Shown here piece after piece: positions 1-12,429 of a stretch of 64,000 nucleotides of DNA. Source of the DNA: Nitrospirales bacterium (lineage in GTDB: Bacteria; Nitrospirota; Nitrospiria; Nitrospirales; UBA8639); NCBI GenBank assembly GCA_963422365.1, contig OY729426.1:2080001-2144000 (forward strand). The letters run 5' to 3'. The first letter of the stretch is position 1. Each line of letters begins with the position of its first letter. The position numbers and the translations under genes were made by a program. A model generated the notes under the pieces. That model was not told where the DNA came from, made no database searches, and saw only the letters and a list, made by a program, of their open reading frames with translations.

Positions 1-85
1 AACCAACAGGCAATGGGTAGCGGAAGGAATGCTCAAAAGAAGCGTGCAGGCAGGAAACCCTACGGGGTTCTGTGCCCATCACTAG

Positions 86-123
86 CCCCCCTCACCCCAG
101 CCCTTTCCCTTAGGGGAGAAGGA
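86..123. repeat. REP-like palindromic element (CCCTCACCCCAGCCCTTTCCC-N-GGGGAGAAGG type)
   Basis: Sequence ccccctcaccccagccctttcccttaggggagaagg resembles the widespread CCCTCACCCC..CCCTCTCCC..GGGAGAGG extragenic repeat; lies just downstream of ftsB. Confidence 0.55.
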
Positions 124-131
124 AAATGTGT

Positions 132-464
132 CTACGGCGACTCAACGAACTGATACACCGTCTCTCCTTCCTTCACATACCCTAACCGATCCCTTGCCAA
201 TGTTTCCAGGGTAAAGAGATCGGATTCCAGACGCTGAATTTCCTCTCGAAAATCGGTATTCGCCTGTTCTAGCGAGGCAATCTCTTCTTTCGTCCTATCG
301 AGTTCTTGTATCATCCTCCAATACCGGGGCAACCCCACCCCTTCCAACATCCAAACGAGGCACAGCGCAATCCCAATGATGAGACCAAGGGGATAGGCCA
401 TAGATCGTGAAATGGACCACTGACGCGGTTTCTCCGCTGGATGGTTTCGATTCTGGCGGACCAC
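132..464 (-). CDS. ftsB: Septum formation initiator, FtsB/DivIC family
   Basis: One TM helix, coiled coil, C-terminal LETLARDRLGYVKEGETVY motif; directly downstream of eno (conserved synteny). Confidence 0.85.
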   Translation of the reverse strand: MVRQNRNHPAEKPRQWSISRSMAYPLGLIIGIALCLVWMLEGVGLPRYWRMIQELDRTKEEIASLEQANTDFREEIQRLESDLFTLETLARDRLGYVKEGETVYQFVESP

Positions 465-465
465 C

Positions 466-1755
<1,290 letters not shown>

Positions 1756-1890
1756 TCAGGCGCTCCTTTCCGCAAAAAGGAATTTCTCCGAAACGAATCA
1801 GCCGATGACAGACATGTTCGCATCATCTTGGGTTTCTGGTGTTTGACAAAACACGAAATGGTCGGGCGGGACGGCAAACAGGATTGGGCT

Positions 1891-3321
1891 TTATTGCGAA
1901 AGCCGTGCTTTGAACAATGCATGCACTTTTTGGGGATTGGCTTTTCCCCCGGAACCTTTCATGACTTGGCCGACGAAGAATCCGATAACCGTGTCTTTGC
2001 CCCCTCGATATTGAGCCACCTGTGTCGGGTACTTCTCGATGACAGCATGAACCAAAGCCAGCAACGTCCCTTCGTCAGACAGTTGCTGAAGTCCTTTTTC
2101 TTCCACGAGTTGAGCGGCCGATTTATCTCCGGCATAAAGTTCTGGGAAAATTTCCTTGGCGACTTTCAAACTGATGGTTTCCTCATGTACGAGTTTCAAT
2201 AATCCCACCAGCCGTTCCGGCGACACAGGGAAAGACTCAACGGTCGTCCCGGATTGATGCCTCTCTCGCAGCAATTCACTCATCATGAAGTTACTAATGG
2301 TTTTAGGTTCGGCAAAGAACGCAACACAGTCTTCAAAATAATCGGCCAAGGCACGAGAACTCGTGAGCACGCCGGCATCATAGTCCGGCAATCCATAGTC
2401 CCTCAGAAATCGCTGATGCCGATCCCGGGGTAATTCCTGAAGGGTGGCTCGTACTGCTTCAATCCACTCGTCTGAAATTGAAAGCGGAACGAGATCGGGA
2501 TCAGGAAAATAGCGATAATCATGGGCTTCTTCTTTGCTGCGCATGACCACGGTTTGGCTACGATTCATGTCCCACAATCTGGTTTCCTGATCGATCGTTC
2601 CTCCCTTCGTGAGGACTTTGGTTTGACGTTTGATTTCATATTCAATGGCATCTTTGACAAATTTAAACGAGTTAATGTTTTTGAGTTCCACTTTCGTGCC
2701 AAATAGGTCAGATCCTATGGGCCTCAACGAAAGGTTGGGTTCACATCGAAGACGACCTTGCTCCATGTTGCCGTCACAAACGTCTACGTACATCAACACG
2801 TCCCGCAAGGACTTTAAATACGCGACGACTTCTTCAGCCGAACGCATATCAGGCTCGGTCACAATTTCGACCAACGGTGTTCCCGCTCGATTGAGATCGA
2901 CGAAACTGCCGGCTCCTTCACTCGCGTGAATATTTTTCCCTGCATCTTCTTCCAAATGCGCTCGCCGAATTCTTACCTTTTTGGAAGTCCCATTCGCCTT
3001 GAACTCCATCCATCCATTCTCACAAATGGGCCTGTCATACTGGGAAATTTGATACCCTTTCGGTAAATCCGGGTAAAAATAATTTTTTCTGGCAAATTGA
3101 TGAGTCGTCCGAACGGTGCAATGCAAAGCCAATCCCGTCCGAATCGCCAGTTCCACCGCACGTTGATTCACGACCGGCAGAGCGCCGGGCAAGCCCAGAC
3201 AAACAGGACAGGTCTGGGTATTGGCGGGCAACCCAAATTCCGTCGCACAACCGCAAAACATTTTCGAATGCGTTCGGAGTTGGGCGTGAACTTCCAGCCC
3301 AATGATAACTTCGAATGTCAC
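1891..3321 (-). CDS. gatB: Asp/Glu-tRNA amidotransferase subunit B
   Basis: [43 protein letters not shown] motifs. Confidence 0.99.
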   Translation of the reverse strand: MTFEVIIGLEVHAQLRTHSKMFCGCATEFGLPANTQTCPVCLGLPGALPVVNQRAVELAIRTGLALHCTVRTTHQFARKNYFYPDLPKGYQISQYDRPICENGWMEFKANGTSKKVRIRRAHLEEDAGKNIHASEGAGSFVDLNRAGTPLVEIVTEPDMRSAEEVVAYLKSLRDVLMYVDVCDGNMEQGRLRCEPNLSLRPIGSDLFGTKVELKNINSFKFVKDAIEYEIKRQTKVLTKGGTIDQETRLWDMNRSQTVVMRSKEEAHDYRYFPDPDLVPLSISDEWIEAVRATLQELPRDRHQRFLRDYGLPDYDAGVLTSSRALADYFEDCVAFFAEPKTISNFMMSELLRERHQSGTTVESFPVSPERLVGLLKLVHEETISLKVAKEIFPELYAGDKSAAQLVEEKGLQQLSDEGTLLALVHAVIEKYPTQVAQYRGGKDTVIGFFVGQVMKGSGGKANPQKVHALFKARLSQ

Positions 3322-3647
3322 AATGACGTATTGGATTCTTCTGAAGAGGGGCGCCGAGTTTGATGCATAGCCTCTCGCCCCGCATCCACCGCATCCTTGA
3401 CGACCGTCCCTGCCTCATCCAGAAACTCACGGCCTCTGCTCATGACATCGTCCCAGGTATCTGTGGCTTTTTCCGAAAAATCTCGAACATCATCACTCGC
3501 CTGACGCGCCGTGCGGAACAAGGTCTCTCGTGATTCCCGACCAGTTTGGGGCGCCAATAATAAGGCCGTCACGGCGCCGAACGCCATCCCGCTCAAAAAA
3601 GCCAACATCACGCTGCCGGCTGATGCGTCAGCATTAGTGTTTCCCAT
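3318..3647 (-). CDS. YtxH domain-containing protein
   Basis: [24 protein letters not shown] is the typical YtxH N-terminus; paired with the upstream DUF948 gene. Confidence 0.85.
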   Translation of the reverse strand: MGNTNADASAGSVMLAFLSGMAFGAVTALLLAPQTGRESRETLFRTARQASDDVRDFSEKATDTWDDVMSRGREFLDEAGTVVKDAVDAGREAMHQTRRPSSEESNTSL

Positions 3648-4038
3648 TTCTTTGCCCTCCTTCTTTTTGTACGCGATCTTTCAATGTGAGGGCCACGGCC
3701 CTCATACCCGCCATCACCCGACCCAGACTCATGATAAGCGTCGTACTTTTTCCGCGAACGACTCCATGGACTTGATTGATCGTCTGGCCCATGTCGCCAA
3801 CGGCATTCATCAACACAGACGCCCGCTCCACTCCTTCCCGAGCTTGGGTGGACATGACTCGGACATTCTCACTCGTCCGTTTGAGCTCTTTCAGAAGCCC
3901 GGGCAATTCGGAATTAATCTGTGACAGTAATCGGTCGGATTGAAGCACGGTCTTGCGCAGTTGAATCACAGTCGGAACGATATAGCCCACAAGCACCACA
4001 AAGGCTACAGCAATTACCACGGCGGCAAAATCAATCAT
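3634..4038 (-). CDS. DUF948 (YoxC-like) membrane-anchored coiled-coil protein
   Basis: N-terminal TM helix followed by a helical coiled coil; the usual partner of YtxH. Confidence 0.75.
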   Translation of the reverse strand: MIDFAAVVIAVAFVVLVGYIVPTVIQLRKTVLQSDRLLSQINSELPGLLKELKRTSENVRVMSTQAREGVERASVLMNAVGDMGQTINQVHGVVRGKSTTLIMSLGRVMAGMRAVALTLKDRVQKEGGQRNGKH

Positions 4039-4050
4039 GCGTCACCTTCC

Positions 4051-5520
4051 CTATCGAATACGTGGTCGTTTTTTGTGCCAGTCTGTTGCCAATTCATACG
4101 CACGCGCTGCCCGAAGAACGACTTCTTCTTCAAAGTGGCGACCCAAAATTTGCATGCCGATCGGTAACCCCTTCCGACTCAACCCGCAAGGCAGTGAAAT
4201 CGCCGGAATCCCTGCCAAACTCGCGGAGATGGTGTAGAGATCCGACAGATACATTTGCAGAGGATCTTCTATTTTTTCACCGAGTTGAAACGCCGTGGTC
4301 GGCATCACGGGGGTGACAAGCAAATCGAAATCCTGAAAAACCCGATCGAAATCCTGTCGAATGAGGGTTCGCACTGCTTGAGCTTTGGCATAATAGGCAT
4401 CATAGTACCCACTGCTCAAGGCATAGGTGCCCAGCATCATCCGCCGTTTCACCTCCGGTCCGAACCCTTCTTGGCGCGTGCGCCGATACATCTCCAAGAG
4501 ATCCAGGCTTTCTTGGGCCCGGAATCCATATTTAATGCCATCATATCGGGCCAGATTCGAACTCGCCTCTGCCGTCGCCACAATATAATACGTCGCCACG
4601 GCAACCCCCGTATGCGGGAGTGACACCTCTTGAATCGTACCGCCCAATTCTTCAAGCACGGAGAGTGCTTCGCAGACGGCATTATGGACTTCCGGATCCA
4701 ATCCTTCTCCAAAGAATTCGAGCGGAACCCCGATTTTCAGTTTTTTGACATCTTTCTTCTTAAAAGCCCGCGCAAAATCGGGAACGGACTCGTCGGCTGA
4801 GGTCGAATCCCGCGGATCATGACCGGCAAGCACGTTCATCATCAACCCGGCATCCATGACATTCTTGGTAATGGGCCCGATTTGATCCAGAGAGGAGGCA
4901 AACGCAATGAGCCCATAGCGAGACACCCGGCCATACGTCGGTTTCAGGCCAACGACCCCACAACACGCGGCTGGTTGGCGAATGGACCCGCCTGTATCCG
5001 TCCCCAGAGCCGCAACGCATTCATCGGCAGCCACAGCCGCTGCAGAACCGCCACTCGATCCGCCCGGCACATAGGAAAGTTTCCAAGGATTTCGACTCGG
5101 ACCAAAAGCCGAATGTTCGGTAGACGACCCCATCCCAAATTCATCCAGATTGGTTTTCCCCATAAGAAAACACTGCTGCGCTCGCAGCGTATCCACAACA
5201 GTGGCCGAATACGGCGGGGTGAATCCCCCAAGAATACGAGACCCACAAGTCGTGGGAAGGTCTTCCGTGCAAATATTATCTTTGACGGCAATCGGCATCG
5301 CCATCATGGGCTTCGTTTTCCTCCAGATCCTCAAGGAATCATCCAACGCCTTGGCCTGGGACAGCATGGTCTCTTTGTCGTTCAGCGTAATATAGGCTTT
5401 GACCTTCGACTCCACTACACTGATCCGAAGAAAGGAGGCGCGGGTGATCTCTACGGCGCTCACTTCTCCACGTGTAAATCGATCCTGAAGCTCTTTTAGA
5501 GTACATTTAACAAGTGACAT
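4051..5520 (-). CDS. gatA: Asp/Glu-tRNA amidotransferase subunit A
   Basis: Amidase signature [36 protein letters not shown]. Start placed at ATG 5520 (MSLVK) rather than the ORF-track TTG. Confidence 0.98.
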   Translation of the reverse strand: MSLVKCTLKELQDRFTRGEVSAVEITRASFLRISVVESKVKAYITLNDKETMLSQAKALDDSLRIWRKTKPMMAMPIAVKDNICTEDLPTTCGSRILGGFTPPYSATVVDTLRAQQCFLMGKTNLDEFGMGSSTEHSAFGPSRNPWKLSYVPGGSSGGSAAAVAADECVAALGTDTGGSIRQPAACCGVVGLKPTYGRVSRYGLIAFASSLDQIGPITKNVMDAGLMMNVLAGHDPRDSTSADESVPDFARAFKKKDVKKLKIGVPLEFFGEGLDPEVHNAVCEALSVLEELGGTIQEVSLPHTGVAVATYYIVATAEASSNLARYDGIKYGFRAQESLDLLEMYRRTRQEGFGPEVKRRMMLGTYALSSGYYDAYYAKAQAVRTLIRQDFDRVFQDFDLLVTPVMPTTAFQLGEKIEDPLQMYLSDLYTISASLAGIPAISLPCGLSRKGLPIGMQILGRHFEEEVVLRAARAYELATDWHKKRPRIR

Positions 5521-5582
5521 GGCAAGAAAACAGGTTCTACGAGCGAAGGGAAATGGACAATCGAAAGCCCCCCGTTCGGCGA

Positions 5583-5939
5583 TTAGGAGCAATTGAGTAT
5601 TCGATTGTCTTCGTCTACTTGAATGATTCGAGGGCGATGATGCTTTGCTTCGGCCTCATTATAGTACTCATAACAAAAAATGATGACCCGATCCCTAATC
5701 ACCCCTTTTCTGGCCGTGGGTCCATTGAGCACGACTTCGCCGGATCCACGTTTTCCATTGATGGCATAGGTGGTGAATCGCTCGCCATTCTGCAAATTCG
5801 AGACCATCACGAGTTCATAGGGTAAAATCCCAGCCGCATCCAACAAATCTTCATCAACGGTCAGACTCCCCTCATATTCCAAGCAGGCATCCGTAACGAC
5901 TGCTCGGTGGATTTTCGCCCGCAACATGTGTCGTAACAT
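5583..5939 (-). CDS. panD: Aspartate 1-decarboxylase
   Basis: KIHRAVVT, YEG-SLTVD self-cleavage site, NGERFTTY, LNGPTAR. Confidence 0.97.
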   Translation of the reverse strand: MLRHMLRAKIHRAVVTDACLEYEGSLTVDEDLLDAAGILPYELVMVSNLQNGERFTTYAINGKRGSGEVVLNGPTARKGVIRDRVIIFCYEYYNEAEAKHHRPRIIQVDEDNRILNCS

Positions 5940-5960
5940 CGTTTTTCGATTCCCTGGGGT

Positions 5961-6263
5961 TTACCGATCACGAATAATTTGTGGCACGTGAAACAATCCA
6001 TCAACGACTTCAGGCGCGTTGCACAACGCCTGTGCTTGCGACAGTGAAGGACGCACCTCATCTTCACGCAACACGTCGGCATCACTGACGCCCACCGATG
6101 TCGTCCCTCGAATACCGGTAGTATCAACGGCATTTAACTCTTCCATATAGGTCAAAATACGACTCAGTTGGCTACCCAACCGCTCCCGTTCTTCCTGGCT
6201 CAGTTGAAGCCGAGCGAGATCCGCCACATGTTCCACGTCCTCTTGATTAATCTTAATGCTCAT
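5961..6263 (-). CDS. gatC: Asp/Glu-tRNA amidotransferase subunit C
   Basis: VEHVADLARL...LREDEV...NAP...FHVPQI; start at ATG 6263 (MSIKI). Confidence 0.95.
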   Translation of the reverse strand: MSIKINQEDVEHVADLARLQLSQEERERLGSQLSRILTYMEELNAVDTTGIRGTTSVGVSDADVLREDEVRPSLSQAQALCNAPEVVDGLFHVPQIIRDR

Positions 6264-6445
6264 CGATGAAGGCCTTCTCCTCTTCTCCGGCAGGTAGGCT
6301 CCTCCTCCCACCCAAGGATGAGAATCTCATTCTAACAGTAGGTCTGAAATACAACAAAGAGGAATTTATTGTATCATGAAGGGTGTTGAAAATCTACGGG
6401 AGACCTTCAATATGCGGCAACGCTATTGGAGAAAAGAGTCGTGCG

Positions 6446-7177
6446 TTAACGCAGAGATTTGCTCGACGACAAGGCCATCGGCGGTGACATCCACCCCTCA
6501 TCGGCAAAGGAGGTATAGCGTCCATCACCAATGATGACGTGGTCAAGGACCCGTACGCCAAGAATTTCTCCCGCTTCCTGCAAACGTGCCGTTAACGCTC
6601 GGTCTTCTTGACTCGGCTTGGGATCCCCACTCGGATGATTATGTAAAAAAATCACAGCAGCCGCGGACTCACGGACGGCTTCATTGAAGACCTCCCTCGG
6701 ATGCACCAGACTGCTCGTCAAACTCCCTTCGGACACGGTTCTTTCTCGAATCACCGCATGTTTGGCATCAAGCAGGATCACCTTAAAGACCTCGCGCCGG
6801 AAGTCCCGCAACAGCGGATAGTAATGGTGAAAGACCGTTTGGCTTTGAGTAATCACTGTCCCAGTCGTCAGCGGAGTAGACAACACACGTTTTCCCAGCT
6901 CGATGGCCGCTTTGATCTGGGCAACTTTGGCCGGTCCGATACCCGGGACGTCGCAGAGTTCCTGTACACCTCGATTGGCTAAGCCCTGTAAGCCTCCCAA
7001 CTGCTGAAGAAGATCTATACCGACTTGAACGGCCGACGTTTTATGCCGTCCCACCCGAAGCACAATGGCCAGCAGCTGCGCATCCGTCAGAGACCCTGGA
7101 CCTTCCTCTAACAGTCGCTCACGTGGCCGTTCACCTTTTGGCCAATGCACGATCGCGTTAGAAAGTTCCTTGCCCAT
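6446..7177 (-). CDS. radC: RadC family JAB-domain protein
   Basis: ERPRERL, HhH motif GIGPAK, VHPREVF, HNHPSGDPKPSQED, LDHVIIG. Confidence 0.95.
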   Translation of the reverse strand: MGKELSNAIVHWPKGERPRERLLEEGPGSLTDAQLLAIVLRVGRHKTSAVQVGIDLLQQLGGLQGLANRGVQELCDVPGIGPAKVAQIKAAIELGKRVLSTPLTTGTVITQSQTVFHHYYPLLRDFRREVFKVILLDAKHAVIRERTVSEGSLTSSLVHPREVFNEAVRESAAAVIFLHNHPSGDPKPSQEDRALTARLQEAGEILGVRVLDHVIIGDGRYTSFADEGWMSPPMALSSSKSLR

Positions 7178-7338
7178 CCCCTCCTCTTCTTTCCGTCTCC
7201 TGCAGAAAAACCTCGACGACCGTCACCGCAAGGGCAACACATTTCGACCACAGCCGCACTCTCTATCAAAGCGGAGAATCCTTCTCTTGCTGCTAAGAAA
7301 ACCGTATGCTACTTTTTCTTGTCTAAAGGGGGCAAGCG

Positions 7339-7920
7339 GTGCGAGTTGTTGCCGGCACAAAAAAAGGGCGTCGTCTCAAGAAACCCGAAGGGAAAAACCT
7401 TCGTCCGACCTCGGCCAGAGTCCGTGAGGCCTTATTGTCGATCCTTTCCCATCGTATACAAGGCGCACGCGTGTTGGATCTCTACTCCGGAACCGGAGCA
7501 TTAGGTCTCGAGGCATTGAGTCGTGGGGCCCACCCGGTCGTGTTTGTGGAGAATCGTGTCGCTTCAGCACGAATCCTTCGGGAAAACGTCACCCGGTGCG
7601 GCGATGACGAACAATGTGTCGTCATCGCACAAAACGTTGAGATGTTTTTAGCCTCACCCCCAGCATTTGGCGAACCGCCTATGTTTGATATCGTCTTTGC
7701 CGACCCACCCTATCACACCACCGACCTGACACAGCTGCTCGAACAACTCAGCCTAAGTGGAAAAATTGTTTCACGAGGGGTGGTCATTCTTGAACATTTC
7801 GTTAAGCGCACCGTGCCGAGTCAAGTCGGATCGCTCACACAAACGCGTCAGTCTCGGTACGGCGACACCATGCTCACCTTCTTTCAACCGGCTGATTCTT
7901 CGGAGGACGCATGCGACTAG
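7339..7920 (+). CDS. rsmD: 16S rRNA (guanine(966)-N2)-methyltransferase
   Basis: MRVVAG..KGRRL, RPT, DLYSGTGALGLEALSRGA, DPPY; upstream of coaD. Confidence 0.93.
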   Translation: MRVVAGTKKGRRLKKPEGKNLRPTSARVREALLSILSHRIQGARVLDLYSGTGALGLEALSRGAHPVVFVENRVASARILRENVTRCGDDEQCVVIAQNVEMFLASPPAFGEPPMFDIVFADPPYHTTDLTQLLEQLSLSGKIVSRGVVILEHFVKRTVPSQVGSLTQTRQSRYGDTMLTFFQPADSSEDACD

Positions 7921-8396
7921 CCGTCTATCCAGGTACCTTCGATCCCATTACTCGTGGACACACGGATATTGTCAGTCGCAGTCTTGGCATCTTCGACCGA
8001 CTGATCGTGGCCGTCGCGCCCAATCCGCGGAAGGAAGCGTTTCTTCCTCTTGAGGAACGAGTCGAACTTGCGAAAATCGCCACAAAAAAATTCCCCAATG
8101 TGGAAGTGGAATCGTTTGATGGCCTGTTAGTGGAATATGTTCGGCAACGAAAGGCCCATGCCATTATTCGAGGGCTACGAGCGGTCTCCGACTTCGAACA
8201 CGAGTTTCAAATGGCATTACTCAATCGTAAGCTTGACGAACGTTTGGAAACGGTTTTTCTGATGCCAAGCGAAGAATATTCGTATTTGACTTCCAGCATC
8301 GTCAAAGAACTGGCCCTGTTTGGAGGCGACTTGGCGGCTTTTCTCATTCCTGAGGTGTCCAAACACCTTCGTGAAAAATATGGGCACGCACGATGA
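7911..8396 (+). CDS. coaD: Pantetheine-phosphate adenylyltransferase
   Basis: YPGTFDPITRGH, IRGLRAVSDFEHE. Confidence 0.98.
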   Translation: MRLAVYPGTFDPITRGHTDIVSRSLGIFDRLIVAVAPNPRKEAFLPLEERVELAKIATKKFPNVEVESFDGLLVEYVRQRKAHAIIRGLRAVSDFEHEFQMALLNRKLDERLETVFLMPSEEYSYLTSSIVKELALFGGDLAAFLIPEVSKHLREKYGHAR

Positions 8397-9586
8397 AACT
8401 GGCCACCCGTACCACCCGAATCGTCCCGTCCCCGACCTTGAACATTTCGGCAACCGCCAAATCCATGGCGGCTCAAGGCATGGATGTCGCTGATTTTTCT
8501 GCAGGAGAACCGGCATGTGACACGCCTGACGTTGTGAAAGCAGCCGCGAAGTCGGCCATCACAGACGGGTTCACCAAATACACACCGGCCTCGGGTACCG
8601 ATGAACTCAAAGAAGCCATCATGGAAAAATTTTCTCGCGACCAGGGCGTCCGATACGAAAAATCTCAGATTCTGGTCTCCTGTGGGGCCAAGCACACCCT
8701 GTATAACCTTGCCCAAGCTCTTCTAGATCCCGGAGATGAAGTCATGATCCCTGCTCCGTATTGGGTCTCCTATCCGGATATTGTGCGCTTGGCCGATGGA
8801 CAACCGGTTATTCTGGAAACACGGGAGAGCCATGCCTATGCCATCGATCCGAAACAATTAGAAGCCAGCGTCACGACCCGCACCAAGGCACTGATCTTGA
8901 ATAGTCCGTGTAACCCAACAGGGACGCTCTATACACAGGATACGCTTCAAGCCGTAGCCGACGTGGCCAAACGTCACGGCTTTCTGATCATTTCCGACGA
9001 AATTTACGAAAAACTCGTCTATGGAGAAACCCCGTTTCTGAGTATCGTGTCCGCCGTACCTGAGATCGCCGACCAAACTCTTGTGGTCAATGGCGTGTCC
9101 AAAGCGTTTTCCATGACAGGGTGGCGTATTGGCTATGCAGGGGGACCGAAAGCATTAATCGCCGCGATGGCGACGATTCAAAGCCAAAGCACATCCAATC
9201 CAACGTCGATTTCGCAAAAAGCTGCAGTGGCCGCCCTCCAGAAAGGCACACCATTCTTCACCGAACTGCTTGAGGATCTCAGCCCCAAGCGTCGCCTCAT
9301 GGTTGACACATTAAACGCGATGCCCGGCATCATCTGTCCAAACCCTGCCGGGGCCTTTTATGTATTTCCCAATGTTTCTGGAGTCTTAGGCAAACGACAT
9401 GCAAAGGGAACGATCACGACCCCGACGGACTTGGCCACCTACTTATTACATGACGCTCACATTGCGTGTGTGCCAGGCGAAGCATTCGGAAGTCCACACC
9501 ATCTCCGGTTGACCTATACCCCGACGCTGGACACGATTGAACGAGGCCTGAAAAGGTTCGAAAAGGCGATTCAGGCTCTCGCGTGA
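8393..9586 (+). CDS. aspC: PLP-dependent class I aminotransferase (aspartate aminotransferase)
   Basis: PCNPTG, SDEIY, SKAFSMTGWRIGY (PLP lysine) motifs. Confidence 0.85.
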   Translation: MKLATRTTRIVPSPTLNISATAKSMAAQGMDVADFSAGEPACDTPDVVKAAAKSAITDGFTKYTPASGTDELKEAIMEKFSRDQGVRYEKSQILVSCGAKHTLYNLAQALLDPGDEVMIPAPYWVSYPDIVRLADGQPVILETRESHAYAIDPKQLEASVTTRTKALILNSPCNPTGTLYTQDTLQAVADVAKRHGFLIISDEIYEKLVYGETPFLSIVSAVPEIADQTLVVNGVSKAFSMTGWRIGYAGGPKALIAAMATIQSQSTSNPTSISQKAAVAALQKGTPFFTELLEDLSPKRRLMVDTLNAMPGIICPNPAGAFYVFPNVSGVLGKRHAKGTITTPTDLATYLLHDAHIACVPGEAFGSPHHLRLTYTPTLDTIERGLKRFEKAIQALA

Positions 9587-9663
9587 TCCCCAGCTCCTTG
9601 ACTTTACGAATAAAAATATTATTAAAAATAAAATGAAACGGTCTGTGAAATGGGAGGGTAACG

Positions 9664-10032
9664 ATGCCGATATACGAATATGAATGTGAGATCTGCCACC
9701 ATCAATTCGAAATCCAGCAAAAATTTTCCGATCCGCTGATTGAAAAATGCATACAATGCGGGAATGGAGTACGAAAACTCATCTCGGCTCCTGGCATCAT
9801 GTTCAAAGGAACCGGCTGGTATGTAACGGATTACTCTAATAAGCTGAAAGATCCCAACCCGTCCACACCCAATGGGAGGAGTGAAAAAGACGGGGCCAAG
9901 AATGAGGAGAAAGCAGGAAACGCGCGCGAGAACAGTAAAGCCGGCTCCTCTACGCAGCCGTCCGCGTCAACAACGCCATCATCGAGTTCAGCCGCCTCGG
10001 ATGGAGGGTCGTCGTCAAGTTCCGAGACCTGA
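9664..10032 (+). CDS. FmdB family zinc-ribbon protein
   Basis: MPIYEYECEIC...CIQCG...FKGTGWYVTDY followed by a low-complexity tail. Confidence 0.9.
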   Translation: MPIYEYECEICHHQFEIQQKFSDPLIEKCIQCGNGVRKLISAPGIMFKGTGWYVTDYSNKLKDPNPSTPNGRSEKDGAKNEEKAGNARENSKAGSSTQPSASTTPSSSSAASDGGSSSSSET

Positions 10033-10095
10033 CCATCTTATTGTAACTACACGATCTTATCGCGCCTTTCAGTTATGTAGGTTGGATGAGCGTAA

Positions 10096-10117
10096 CCCCC
10101 GCGTCCGCGGGGGCAGG
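10096..10117 (-). repeat. CCTG-hairpin mini-element (CCTGCCCCCGCGGACGCGGGGG)
   Basis: CCCCCGCG/CGCGGGGG hairpin preceded by CCTG on the minus strand; same architecture as the 27-bp elements at 31270, 32886 and 51621. Confidence 0.5.
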
Positions 10118-10152
10118 CTTTCTCCCATCAAGGAAGAGGAGATACTGAAAGC

Positions 10153-10834
10153 TTACAATGGGCATGGACCGAAACGGTCAGCAAATAATTCGTTCCACAT
10201 CAACTGGGCAAACTTCATAGAACCCACGGCATTGAGATGCAAGCCGTCGCTGGAAAAATGCGGAGCTAAGAAAAAAGAAGGGCCTTCCGAGGTCGACTGG
10301 AACCGATCCACACACGGCATCTGATGACGGTGACACCACTCTGCAATCAGACGATTCAATTCCAAGCAACGTTGAACCTGTGAGTGAAGCCAAGCAGGCA
10401 GCGGGCCGGAAGACAGGAACCATGACCCGGCACCGGGGTCTTCGGCTCTAAGGGATGGGACCGTTCCTCCAACGGGTTGGACTCCCACTGCCGAACGCCA
10501 ATGCATATAAACGCTTTAAATGCGTGATAATCATGGAAAGGGGAACGCCCCATCCTAAATCGTTCGTTCCCCCTAAAATCACGGTATACGAGGGAACGAA
10601 GTCAACGACATCACGAGGAAATCGCATCACCATGTCGGAGGTGACTTCGCCACAAATTCCTTTGACAGAGACCCGTCCTCGTGCGCCCAACTATTCCTGA
10701 AGAAATCCGCCATAGTGCGTATCGGGCAGAGGAATCCCCGTTTCAGCCTGGACTTGATACCCCGCAGTAAGACTGTCACCGAAACACACTAGTAGCGGAG
10801 AGGAATGAGTATGCGACTTGGAATTTTTGACCAT
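10153..10834 (-). pseudogene. SGNH/GDSL hydrolase pseudogene
   Basis: From ATG 10834: ...VCFGDSLTAGY... then in-frame TAG (10691-10693), then G.GTND block, a frameshift near 10490, and a C-terminal DGLHLN motif in another frame. Confidence 0.85.
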
Positions 10835-10993
10835 TGCCAGCAACCCTCCCTTGACAGCACCCATTCTCAATGAATAGCCTTAGATCTTTCAAAGATCGAC
10901 CAATCAAGACAATTCGTTCCCCCAACAACGCGGAGGTTCCCGTTACCGATAAACACTTACTCACTGTCTGTTTCGAAGAAGGAGTTCTGTCTT

Positions 10994-11569
10994 ATGCAAG
11001 GACATCGTCAGCTTACTTCACACAAACCCAGCAACAGGTTCCTCCTCCTGATCGGATGCTTCATCATCCCAAGCCTGTTTTGTGTCCCCCCCCACGCCTT
11101 CGCAGATCACCCGTTTCAAGTAGGGATTATTGATCCTCAAGCCGTCCTGGAAAATTCCAACTCCGGGAAAAAGGCACTGGCGACCTTAAAAGAACATGTC
11201 GCAGTTCGCCAAAAATTGTTGGAAGCGGACGAACAAGAATTACAGAAGCTCGAACAACAGCTTCAAGACGGCACGGACCGCAGTGAAACTGAAACGCAAT
11301 TCCTGCGGGAACAAATCCAGAACAAAGTCCAAGATTACCAACGACGACGCCAAATATTCCAGCAGGAAGTGGCGGAAAAGCAAAAAACCATGACGTCGGA
11401 GTACATGAAAAAAATCGCGGTCGCCACCAAGACCGTGGCCGAACGATCTGACTTTTTATTGGTCATTGATAAAGGGAATGAGGCCACGCTGAAACTTGTG
11501 CTCTACGCAGCCGAGGGTTTGGATATTACAGAGGAGGTCTTGAAGGAGTTTAATCAACTCTATCAATAA
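10994..11569 (+). CDS. skp: OmpH/Skp periplasmic chaperone
   Basis: Signal peptide, VGIID..VLENS..GK, coiled coil, LDITEEVL C-terminus. Confidence 0.85.
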   Translation: MQGHRQLTSHKPSNRFLLLIGCFIIPSLFCVPPHAFADHPFQVGIIDPQAVLENSNSGKKALATLKEHVAVRQKLLEADEQELQKLEQQLQDGTDRSETETQFLREQIQNKVQDYQRRRQIFQQEVAEKQKTMTSEYMKKIAVATKTVAERSDFLLVIDKGNEATLKLVLYAAEGLDITEEVLKEFNQLYQ

Positions 11570-11624
11570 GGCGCTCAGTCTTTATGCGAGGGAAGAGGGG
11601 ACATTCGCGTTTTAGTGTCGAGAA

Positions 11625-11999
11625 TCAGGTGGCTGGCTCCAAAGGATATCCTGCCTGCCGCCATGCCTTAATTCCTCCTGCCATGGAAAACACCTGCGTA
11701 TAGCCCATCTCCTGTAAGTTGGCGGCTGACAAGGCCGATCGATATCCTCCACCGCAATAGAGAATAATTTCCGCGTTTTTATCAGGAATCATTTGCTCAA
11801 TATCACGCTCTAAAATCCCTCGGCCTTTATGGATCGCCCCATGAGCATAGCCTTGAGCAACTTCGTGATCTTCCCTGACATCGATGAAATGAAAGGCATC
11901 ACCGAGTTCGAGGCGAGCCATGACCTCACTCGGCCTGCACTCACGAATCTGACGCTTTCTTGTCTCAACGAGTCGTTCGAATCCAAAGATATGAGTCAT
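11625..11999 (-). CDS. Rhodanese-like sulfurtransferase
   Basis: IDVRE, active-site loop YCGGGYRS, MAGGIKAW. Confidence 0.92.
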   Translation of the reverse strand: MTHIFGFERLVETRKRQIRECRPSEVMARLELGDAFHFIDVREDHEVAQGYAHGAIHKGRGILERDIEQMIPDKNAEIILYCGGGYRSALSAANLQEMGYTQVFSMAGGIKAWRQAGYPLEPAT

Positions 12000-12429
12000 A
12001 ACGAAGCCCCTTCTCCTGTAATCGCCTTCTGCGACGTATGTAGCCGATATAGCCGAACAAAAATAATTGTGAATCCGAACAAACTAATGGCGAATGCCAT
12101 GGAAATTTCAGCCGATTTTCTGGCGCCTGAGCCCCTCTCACGACAGATCGAAGATCCTGACTCGTAGTGACCTTGATTCTCATGACGCTGATACGCTCGC
12201 TGACCGATCTCCGACGAAACACCTGAGCGTCGAGGCTGGGACGCTGTGGCAGGCCGTTGTGAACGGTCATCTAGAAAACTCTCCATCGGGCTCCGCAACA
12301 TTAAAAAACGGATGTAAATCCGTAAGCCCCAGCCAGGTTGCCGTCAAATAGCCGGGCTAACGGCAAGGCCTGCTGGTTTGGCCAACCTGGCGAGCCGGCT
12401 TTCCGCACGACGGGTCCTGCCGGGGTGGG

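Noticed and set aside
6446..7177. radC as a marker of a mobile element
   Set aside because: This is the full-length chromosomal type with an HhH region, in housekeeping context.
10691..10693. Amber-codon recoding (in-frame TAG in the GDSL, SPFH and PutA remnants)
   Set aside because: Each TAG co-occurs with frameshifts, and TAG terminates intact genes such as rph, rdgB and thiI.
11996..12301. 101-aa ORF upstream of the rhodanese gene
   Set aside because: One hydrophobic stretch overlapping the rhodanese start hints at a truncated gene at the island edge, but I could not assign a family.
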